NCBI GenBank assembly: GCA_965140785.1
Contig: OZ223473.1
Coordinates: forward strand, 1 to 64,000
Reading direction: 5' to 3'
Length of the DNA: 64,000 nucleotides
Source of the DNA: an uncultured Ruficoccus sp.
Lineage (GTDB): Bacteria; Verrucomicrobiota; Verrucomicrobiia; Opitutales; Cerasicoccaceae
Positions 39,828 through 49,330 of the stretch are shown piece after piece; position 1 is the first letter of the stretch; each line of letters opens with the position of its first letter. Both the position numbers and the translations under genes were made by a program. The notes under the pieces are model-generated. The model made no database searches. It was not told where the DNA came from and was given only the letters and a program-made list of their open reading frames with translations.

Positions 39828-40366
39828 GTGAAAAAACTGATACTAGCCGCGCTACTCACGCTTTCATTCACCGGGACCAGCCATGCGCTGCTCCAGATCA
39901 CCCTCTCTACCGCCGATCAAACCCTGACCGTCACGGGGGCCGATGACGGCGGGGCCAACTTCAACATCGACCAACTGAAGTTTGTCGCCAGTTGGGCCTA
40001 TTCGGACGGCTCGGCCCACACCAGCTACGGGTCCGTCGCAATGGCCAACTACTTTCCCTTGAACGGTGGCTCCGGCACCACAGCCAGCGGCTATCTGCGC
40101 GTTTACAATGACGGCCTGGTCTTCGACATTGAAAGCGGGAATAGCTTTGGGTTCATCGAGGGCGGCTTTAGCTCGATCAGCTATGCCGGTTTGAGCGAGC
40201 TTGGTCGGTCCAAACTCGAAAGCTTCGTCGGCGTCACCCTGACCCTCGCCGAAGGCAGCGACTATAATCCCGTCAGTGTTACCGCTGTCCCCGAGCCTGC
40301 CATCTACGCTGCCGTGACGGGCCTGACAGTACTGTGTCTCATCTTCCTGCGCGCCGTCGCAAGTAG
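39828..40366 (+). CDS. PEP-CTERM sorting-domain protein; probable indel near 40351
   Basis: Signal peptide and VPEP + TM. One added C gives the expected basic tail FLRRRRK* at 40366 instead of the ORF-track end at 40388. Confidence 0.85.
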
Positions 40367-40396
40367 GCCATCGCATACATTCGCCTGAGTATTCCC

Positions 40397-40425
40397 CAAA
40401 CGGCACTCTGCGGTGCCGTTTTTTT
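40397..40425 (+). terminator. Intrinsic terminator
   Basis: AAACGGCAC-TCTGCG-GTGCCGTTT followed by a T run. Confidence 0.75.
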
Positions 40426-40527
40426 GTGTCCCGAGTCCACAAGCTTGCTGGCGGCTGCGCCGGGCCGCCTGAGGCACTTGTGGATCGGAGAAGTTCCGCT
40501 TGCTTTTTTGGTAATTTGAGAGATGAT

Positions 40528-40682
40528 TATCCGCAGCCGAATCAGGGGGCCAGACCCTCTGAACGGGGGACCCACACTGTCCGGGCAACCGGACCGGGGC
40601 TAATTCATTCAGCGCGAGCTGAGTGGAGGGCGACTCTTCCTGCCCAGCCCGTCAGCTAACCTCGGAGGCTTGGGAGAGAGAA
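40528..40682 (+). ncRNA. Cyclic di-AMP (ydaO/yuaA) riboswitch
   Basis: Ordered conserved blocks GCCGAATC, GAACGGGGGACCCA, GGGGCTAAT, GAGGG..ACTCTT, CCCGTCAGCTAACCTCGGAGGC and GAGAG, in the leader of a K+ transporter. Confidence 0.9.
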
Positions 40683-40758
40683 TCGGTCGGCATGATCGAG
40701 ACTCTCGTCATGCATCATACACGCGGACTCCGCTCCGCGACCTAACCTAACGACCGAT

Positions 40759-42105
40759 ATGCGTTTAATCACCGCTTTGCGCGAGCTGGCGCAGTTTGCC
40801 CTGTTTCGGGTGCGCAGCCTGGAGTCAGGCCGTATGCTGATTCTAGGCTACTCCAGCTACATCCTGATCGGGATGCTCATCCTGGCCCTGCCGCTGTGCC
40901 GGGTTCATCAGGCCGGCAACTGGCTCGACTGGCTTTTTGTCTCCGCCTCCGCCGTCTCCACCACCGGGCTCTCCACCCTGAGTACCGGCGGGGACTTTAC
41001 CATCTGGGGGCAGTTCACGATCCTGGTCATGATCCAACTCGGGGGCCTCGGCTACATGACGACGGGGAGCTTCGTCCTGCTCTCGGTCTCCGGCAAGATC
41101 GACCCCAGCCGAGAAAGGACCCAGCGCCTGGTCCTGAATCTGCCGGAGAAGATAAACCTCAGCTCGATCGTCCGGCTGATCATGATCTACACCTTTATGG
41201 TGGAGGCGGCGGGCGCCCTGCTGCTGTGGCATTTTTTCCAGGAGGCGGGCGTACCGAACCCGCTGTGGAGCGCGATTTTCCACAGCATCTCCGCCTTTTG
41301 CACAGCGGGGTTCAGTCTGTACGACGACAGCCTGTCCGCCTTCGCGGGCAACCTCCCTGTCAACGCGATCATCTGCCTGCTGAGCCTGCTGGGCGCGATG
41401 GGCTTCCTCATCGTCCACGACGTCTGGAAATCCCTCACCTCCCTAAAAGTCCATGTCACCCTGACCACCCGGGTCATCCTGGCCAGCACCTTTGTGCTGA
41501 TCTGTGCCAGCTGTCTGCTCGTGCGGATCGAGGAGCCGCTGTTCTTCAACGGCGAGGGCTGGTTGACCGCCTTTTTCCAGGTGACCTCGGCCAGCACGAC
41601 AGTCGGCTTCAACACCGTGCCGATCAGCCAGCTCTCGAACGCGTCCCTGCTCGTCCTCGTCATTCTCATGCTCGTCGGCGCCTCCCCCGCCGGAACCGGC
41701 GGCGGCATCAAGACCACGACCGTGACCGCCCTGTGGGCCGTCATGGCCTCCGTGCTCCGGCGCTCGCACACCCCCACCTTCGCCGGCAGGCTCATTCCGG
41801 AGGCGCGCCGCCGGATCGCGGTCGCCACCGCGTTCTTTTACATCCTCATGCTCTGCGCCGGACTTTACCTGCTGTGCGTGTTTCAGACCGGCTCTTTCAC
41901 GGACATCCTGTTCGAGTGCGTGTCCGCCCTGGGCACAGTCGGGCTCAGTACTGGCCTGACCGGAGAGCTGAACGGGATGGGCAAGCTCATTGTCACCGCG
42001 CTCATGTTCATGGGGCGCGTCGGCCCGCTCTTGCTGGCCTCGTCGCTTTTCTTCACCCCGGCCTCCACCCCGACCTCGCTGAAGGAGGAAGACGTGGTCG
42101 TGTGA
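40759..42105 (+). CDS. TrkH/KtrB-family potassium uptake membrane subunit
   Basis: Pore loops SAVSTTGL, SAFCTAGF, TVGFNT and SALGTVGLS; GASPAGTGGGIK; MFMGRVG. Confidence 0.93.
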   Translation: MRLITALRELAQFALFRVRSLESGRMLILGYSSYILIGMLILALPLCRVHQAGNWLDWLFVSASAVSTTGLSTLSTGGDFTIWGQFTILVMIQLGGLGYMTTGSFVLLSVSGKIDPSRERTQRLVLNLPEKINLSSIVRLIMIYTFMVEAAGALLLWHFFQEAGVPNPLWSAIFHSISAFCTAGFSLYDDSLSAFAGNLPVNAIICLLSLLGAMGFLIVHDVWKSLTSLKVHVTLTTRVILASTFVLICASCLLVRIEEPLFFNGEGWLTAFFQVTSASTTVGFNTVPISQLSNASLLVLVILMLVGASPAGTGGGIKTTTVTALWAVMASVLRRSHTPTFAGRLIPEARRRIAVATAFFYILMLCAGLYLLCVFQTGSFTDILFECVSALGTVGLSTGLTGELNGMGKLIVTALMFMGRVGPLLLASSLFFTPASTPTSLKEEDVVV

Positions 42106-42230
42106 AGCCGGGGCAAAAGCCCTTTCACCGGCTTACGCTGGTCCTTCGTCCATGAATGCAGCAGAGCTGGGGCAAGTTGACCGCACGGCGCCTTACCCAT
42201 GCCGGGCGAGCCGCCCGTGGGCCGCTCCAC

Positions 42231-42794
42231 TCACAGCTTCGGGCGGCGGGACCTGCGTACGCAGAGGTAACCCAACACCCCCGCCCCCGCAAGCACGGCA
42301 TAGACCGAGGGTTCGGGAACCAAAGCGCTTACCACCGCCACATTACTGTATCCGGTGCCCGCATCCAGCTCCAGTGAATCACCAACAAGGCTTTCCAGGT
42401 ATTGCAGCGAAACCTCATCGAGACCGGCATAACTGGTGCCTGCGGTTTCGACACTATCAATGTCCGAGTAACTGTCTGCATCCGCCACCCCCAGATACAA
42501 GACCCGGCTTTGCGGGTCGGAATCATCCGAGTAAAAGTACAGAATGGCCTCGTGAGGCGTGCTGTCTAAGGACACGGTGTCGGCTATCGACAAGGTTGCT
42601 TCGAGTGTTGGGCTCGGGGGAACCTCTGCCGAGGCCCAGTAAACAAGATAGAAACTGTCGTGGTAGGGCGTGCCGGTGTCGTCGCCCTCCAACCAGAGCA
42701 ACTGGCTGCCTTCATCGATAACCAAGGTGAGCGCTGCTTGGCAGACCGGAGCCAAGATTAACGACAAGAGCGAGCAGTAGAATGATGCCCTCAT
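42231..42794 (-). CDS. PEP-CTERM sorting-domain protein
   Basis: Signal peptide and VPEPSVYAVLAG-TM-RRSRRPKL. Confidence 0.88.
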   Translation of the reverse strand: MRASFYCSLLSLILAPVCQAALTLVIDEGSQLLWLEGDDTGTPYHDSFYLVYWASAEVPPSPTLEATLSIADTVSLDSTPHEAILYFYSDDSDPQSRVLYLGVADADSYSDIDSVETAGTSYAGLDEVSLQYLESLVGDSLELDAGTGYSNVAVVSALVPEPSVYAVLAGAGVLGYLCVRRSRRPKL

Positions 42795-43072
42795 AGAGGC
42801 ATAATATTAAAACCAATAGTTTAACCGTCAAATAAACATGACGTAACCGAAATGATATAAGATGATTATATATTGTGATTTTATTTGATAACAGACACTA
42901 TCCATCCGCTTATTGGCAAAGATTGGCGTCGTCCCCTCACCTATCGCAGCCAAGCATAGACAAACCCACTCACGCTCCACCGCATGTTTCCTTTGACACT
43001 TTCGGGAAAAACGGCACGATGGGCGGTTTTTCGGGGTCGGCATTTCCGCCACCCGAAGCCCCTCCTTTTCCC

Positions 43073-44902
<1,830 letters not shown>

Positions 44903-44949
44903 ACAATTGGTTTCATAGCTTTTGCAACTCTGACTGAGTTGCAAACATC

Positions 44950-44982
44950 AGCCCCGGGTCGTTAAGCGCCCCGGGGCTTTTT
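44950..44982 (+). terminator. Intrinsic terminator after thrS
   Basis: AGCCCCGGG...CCCGGGGCT followed by a T run. Confidence 0.7.
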
Positions 44983-45009
44983 CGATCAACATTTCTGATA
45001 CATTCGCTT

Positions 45010-46170
45010 TTAAGCGTTTCGCTTCCGCCGGATTACAATCACCCCCAGCACAAGCAGCCCACCCCATAGCGCCACTTCGCCCGGCTCGGGGACGGGAGTG
45101 GGCTCGATGACGCGCATAGCGTGGCTGAAGTTTTTATAAAACCAGTTGTCCTCGGTGAAAGGCAGGATTTCGACGCCGGGGGGCGGTAAGTCGCCGTCGA
45201 GGTCGAAGATAGCAGTGGAGTTGTCGTGGCTGCTGATGACGAGCGGAACGTCCGAGGCGGTGCCGTCCTCAAGGGTGCCGTAGGCGCCGAGCCAGATAAC
45301 GACATGGGCGATATCGGTCGGATCATTGGCCGACCCGGTGATATAGAGCAGGTCGCCGGGCTGAAACTGCGCGATAATCTTCTCCAGCGAGCCGGGGGTG
45401 TTGGTGGCGCCACTGGCGTAGTTGGGACCGTTGAGAAAGCCCGGCGTGATGTATTCGCCGTCAGGGGCAATGATGGGATTGGCCGTGAGCGAGCCCACCA
45501 CCTCCTGCCCCTGAATGCTGGTCGCGCTGTGCATTTGAATCCCCAGGCCCACATTGTAGATGTAGGCAGCCAGGTTCGAGCAGTCGATGCCTGCGGTCCC
45601 CATGCCGTATGTGTTTTTCCACGGATTGGTGATCACGTCTCCGGCGCTCGTCTTGAGCGTGTTCTGGTTACTGACCTCAGTCCAATCCCAGTAATTAGGG
45701 GCGTTCGAGTCGGAGGAAAAGCCGTTGGCGTAGGGGTTCCAGTCGGGATTGTGATGATGCTGGTAGGGCGTGCCGATCAGGCCTTTGGCCACACTGAGCA
45801 CGCGCTGCCACCGATAGACGGTCGCATTGACGCCCGGCGGTGGCGCAGGGATGGCCCCGCCGTTAACCACTTGGCGTGTCGAAACACCCAGGGTATGCGC
45901 CGGGGAGTCCGTGTTGTAGAGCTGCGGCACCGTCACTCCCCAGGCGTGGCCGATCCCGCTGGTCCAGGCCGGGTCTGAGTAGTTGTACCAGTCTGCCAAA
46001 GCAGGCGTGGAGTACTCGTTGACCGTATCGATGCGGCCCGGAATATCCGCCGTCCAGGCGGAGATACTGGGATCGAGCGTGATGGTGTACGGTGACTCGT
46101 AGCTCTGACCGCGAACCACAGCCGGGCTGAAAGCGGAGAGAAACAAAAGGATAACCGTAACACAACGCAT
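45010..46170 (-). CDS. NlpC/P60-family protein with a PEP-CTERM anchor
   Basis: Signal peptide, LIGTPY, GIDCSNL, FQPGDLLY, HVVIWLG, ISSH and VPEP-TM-RRKRNA. Confidence 0.85.
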   Translation of the reverse strand: MRCVTVILLFLSAFSPAVVRGQSYESPYTITLDPSISAWTADIPGRIDTVNEYSTPALADWYNYSDPAWTSGIGHAWGVTVPQLYNTDSPAHTLGVSTRQVVNGGAIPAPPPGVNATVYRWQRVLSVAKGLIGTPYQHHHNPDWNPYANGFSSDSNAPNYWDWTEVSNQNTLKTSAGDVITNPWKNTYGMGTAGIDCSNLAAYIYNVGLGIQMHSATSIQGQEVVGSLTANPIIAPDGEYITPGFLNGPNYASGATNTPGSLEKIIAQFQPGDLLYITGSANDPTDIAHVVIWLGAYGTLEDGTASDVPLVISSHDNSTAIFDLDGDLPPPGVEILPFTEDNWFYKNFSHAMRVIEPTPVPEPGEVALWGGLLVLGVIVIRRKRNA

Positions 46171-46261
46171 GTTTGATAAATAAGTAATGTTTAATTACTC
46201 GTCAAGCTGCGCTTAGCGGGTGGGCTTGACACCGGTCCGGTTTCGCCTTCCCTAGCGAGGC

Positions 46262-46579
46262 ATGTGTCCGGTTAAAGCCATTCATCGCCTGCGAGTTATC
46301 GGGCTGATCGAGGGAGTTTCCTTCCTCGTGCTCCTGGGGATCGCCATGCCCCTGAAATATTTCGGTGGGATGCCCGAGGCGGTCAAGGTCGTGGGCTGGG
46401 CGCACGGGCTGCTTTTTATCGGGTTCGTCGCGCTGCTGCTGGTGGCGATGAATCTGGCCGACTGGAGCCTGCGGCGAGGGGCGATGTTCTTTATCGCCGC
46501 GCTGGTTCCCTGCGGGCCGTTTCTGGTGGACAAGCACCTGCGCCGCTATGCGCGGGAAGCCGGAACTGCTACTGAGTGA
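46262..46579 (+). CDS. DUF3817 membrane protein
   Basis: EGVSFLVLLGIAMPLKY, G.AHG.LF and AALVP.GPF. Confidence 0.85.
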   Translation: MCPVKAIHRLRVIGLIEGVSFLVLLGIAMPLKYFGGMPEAVKVVGWAHGLLFIGFVALLLVAMNLADWSLRRGAMFFIAALVPCGPFLVDKHLRRYAREAGTATE

Positions 46580-46598
46580 TCGCGGTTATAAATGCCGG

Positions 46599-46720
46599 TG
46601 TCATCCTGAGTAAGTCCGCGCAGCGGCGCAGCGAAGGTTCTCCATGTCCGGCCATCTCCATGCGTTCGCTCATATCGTACGCGGAAATCTTTCGATTCGC
46701 TTTGCCCGCTCAGGATGACA
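46599..46720. repeat. Palindromic MITE/REP-like element with TGTCATCCTGAG termini
   Basis: TGTCATCCTGAG...GCGAAGGTTCTC ... GAAATCTTTCG...CTCAGGATGACA: 12-bp perfect terminal IR plus inner imperfect arms. Confidence 0.8.
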
Positions 46721-46815
46721 ACCACTGAAGTTGCTGCCCGATCTTGCAAACACGCTCGAGCCGCCCCCCTTGTTTGGGCTTTCCACCGTTAGGGGAAAGT
46801 GTATAGCTGTGGGAT

Positions 46816-47403
46816 ATGCCCGAAAAAGAATCTCCCCAACCCACTGTTCTCAAATTCCTCGGACTGGACCCTGAAAAGTCGAAAAAATACGCCGGCTGGA
46901 TTAAATTCGAAGCCATCCTCTTTATCGTGCTGGGTGTGCTGGCTATTCTGCTGCCGGGTGTTTTCTCGCTCGGACTGAGCATCTTTCTGGGCTGGCTGTT
47001 TCTGTTCGGCGGCATCTTCGCCACCGTCAACGCCGTACAGGCCATGAAGTCCCAAGGCGCGTGGCTGCGGCTGGCCTCGGGTGTACTGACCGCCCTCGCC
47101 GGTATCCTCATCATTGGCAAGCCGCTGGAGGGTGTGGTTGTGCTGACCATCATCGTGGCCACCTACTTCCTCATCGACGGGATTTTTAAAATCATTTACG
47201 GCCTGCAGGCCAGCGGCTCCCCCGGCGCGGGCCTGGCCGTGGTCAACGGCATTTTCGGCCTGATCATCGCGGGCATCGTCTATGCGCAGTGGCCGACCTC
47301 GGCCGAGTGGTTCCTCGGACTGATCATCGGAATCAACCTGCTCATGGCGGGCATGTTCCTCCTGAGCTTCTCCGGCGGCATCCACAAACACGCCTCCAAG
47401 TAG
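46816..47403 (+). CDS. HdeD/DUF308 family membrane protein
   Basis: ILFIVLGVLAILLP, FLGWLFLFGG, YFLIDG and WP..A.W.LG..IGINL..G. Confidence 0.85.
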   Translation: MPEKESPQPTVLKFLGLDPEKSKKYAGWIKFEAILFIVLGVLAILLPGVFSLGLSIFLGWLFLFGGIFATVNAVQAMKSQGAWLRLASGVLTALAGILIIGKPLEGVVVLTIIVATYFLIDGIFKIIYGLQASGSPGAGLAVVNGIFGLIIAGIVYAQWPTSAEWFLGLIIGINLLMAGMFLLSFSGGIHKHASK

Positions 47404-47750
47404 GCGGGTTGCACCCGCTGGCACTCATGGGGCTCTGCCCCATCGGAGCCAAAAGGCCCCTGCCCCAACCCTCTGCCATCTCCTTTCCCGATCAAGTTTT
47501 GGGCAAATCGGGGTGGCATGCAGGGCTGAGTGCGACGAACATCAGCGGATGCGCGAGCGTACACGGCTATAACCTAATTTAATAGCTTCAGCCTGGCCTA
47601 GGTAGGCAATGCGCACAAAACCCTTAATCTTCAATGCCTTGCACGCTTCATGCGCCCATTTTACACGTTAAAGCTCCTGATATTCCGGGGGCTCACGAGG
47701 CCTTTTCCCGGCGTTGACGTCGGGGCTTCGAGCCCTCACGCTGGGTGGGA

Positions 47751-48239
47751 ATGAATTTTCTGCATTCGTACTGGCGCATGCCCTACATTGAAGTCCCCAA
47801 GTCGGAAAACGGGGGCCTTAATCCTTTTGTGTCGATCCCGCTGGAAGAGGATGACCGCAAGGTGCTGGTCGTCCTGCGTTCCGAATACGCCTATCTGGTG
47901 CTGAACAAATTCCCCTACAATGCGGGGCACCTGCTGGTGGTTCCCTACCGCGAAGTGAGCCGTCTGGATGAATTGACAGCGGAGGAAAAAGTGGATTTCT
48001 TCGACTGCATTATCAAGGGCCAGCAGATATTGGAACAGGCTATCCATCCCGATGGCTTCAACGTAGGCTTCAACCTCGGCAGCGCCGCTGGCGCCGGTAT
48101 TCCCACGCATATCCATTGCCACATCGTTCCGCGCTGGAACGGCGACACCAATTTCATGCCCGTGCTGGGCGAAACCAAGGTTCTTCCCGAATCGCTGGAC
48201 GCCATGTGGCAGCGTCTGCGGCAATTCGTCACTGCATAA
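47751..48239 (+). CDS. HIT-family hydrolase (Ap4A phosphorylase-like)
   Basis: LNKFPYNAGHLLVVP, GFNVGFNLG.AAGAG and HIHCHIVPRW.GD.NFM. Confidence 0.92.
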   Translation: MNFLHSYWRMPYIEVPKSENGGLNPFVSIPLEEDDRKVLVVLRSEYAYLVLNKFPYNAGHLLVVPYREVSRLDELTAEEKVDFFDCIIKGQQILEQAIHPDGFNVGFNLGSAAGAGIPTHIHCHIVPRWNGDTNFMPVLGETKVLPESLDAMWQRLRQFVTA

Positions 48240-48313
48240 CGCGCGCCGTTCGTAGCGGCACCTCTACTGCTTCATTAATCCGAGAGAGACTCACGCGCGC
48301 ACGCTCTTCGTGT

Positions 48314-49285
48314 ATGGCCACTGAAACCCTCACCTTCCCGAGCCCCCGCCATCTGGCCCAGCTCTACTGCTCCAACGACGACAACCTCGTCAAGGCCGAA
48401 CAGGCCCTGGACGTCACCCTCGTCTCCCGCGACGACTGGCTCAAGATCGAGGGCGACGAGTCCTCCGTGGCCGCCGCCACCGAGCTGTTTCAGTTGCTGG
48501 ACAAGCTCCGCACCCAGGGCATCCAGATCGGGCGTTCGGACTTCGACAATATGCTCGCGGCCATCGCCCGGGGCGAAGCCGACGAGATGCGCGAGGTCTT
48601 CAATAATCCGCTGGTCATTCAACTGCGCAAAAAGAGCATCGTCCCCAAGACGATCAACCAAAAACGCTACCTGCAGTTCATCGGCAAGAACGACATCGTC
48701 TTCGGGATCGGCCCGGCCGGGACCGGCAAGACCTACCTGGCCATGGCCGCCGCCCTCCAGGCCCTGCAGGAGAAAAAAGTCCAGAAGCTGATCATCACCC
48801 GCCCCGCCGTCGAGGCCGGTGAGGCACTGGGCTTCCTGCCCGGCGACCTCAAGGAAAAGCTCCTGCCCTACCTGCGCCCGATCTACGACGCACTCAACGA
48901 GATGGTCGGCCCGGAGGAAACCGAGCGCATGGCCGAAAAGGGGCTCATCGAGATCGCCCCGCTGGCCTACATGCGCGGACGCACCCTTTCCAATGCCTAT
49001 ATCATCCTCGACGAGGCCCAGAATACCTCGCCCGAGCAGATGATGATGTTCCTTACGCGCCTGGGCGACAGCAGCCGGATGATTGTCACCGGCGACATCA
49101 CCCAGGTGGACCTGCCGCGGGCCCAGCAGTCCGGGCTCAAGCAGGCCGTCGAGATCCTCGCTTCGATCGAGGGGATCAAACTCTTCTACTTCGACCATGC
49201 CGACGTGGTGCGCCACCCGTTGGTCAGCCGGATCATCCACGCCTACGAAAATCATCTGACTGACCGGTCGAAGAAGTCCAAGTAA
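48314..49285 (+). CDS. phoH: PhoH-family ATPase (YbeZ-like)
   Basis: GPAGTGKTYLA, RPAVEAGE.LGFLPG, LAYMRGRT, DEAQN and DVVRHPLV. Confidence 0.95.
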   Translation: MATETLTFPSPRHLAQLYCSNDDNLVKAEQALDVTLVSRDDWLKIEGDESSVAAATELFQLLDKLRTQGIQIGRSDFDNMLAAIARGEADEMREVFNNPLVIQLRKKSIVPKTINQKRYLQFIGKNDIVFGIGPAGTGKTYLAMAAALQALQEKKVQKLIITRPAVEAGEALGFLPGDLKEKLLPYLRPIYDALNEMVGPEETERMAEKGLIEIAPLAYMRGRTLSNAYIILDEAQNTSPEQMMMFLTRLGDSSRMIVTGDITQVDLPRAQQSGLKQAVEILASIEGIKLFYFDHADVVRHPLVSRIIHAYENHLTDRSKKSK

Positions 49286-49330
49286 GAGGCCCGTTTCGCC
49301 GCTTGCCGGCACTCGCGCCTTAGCCGTGTT

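Noticed and set aside
47404..47740. Intergenic region between the hdeD-like gene and HIT as an ncRNA
   Set aside because: Only short local hairpins are present, with no recognisable family signature.
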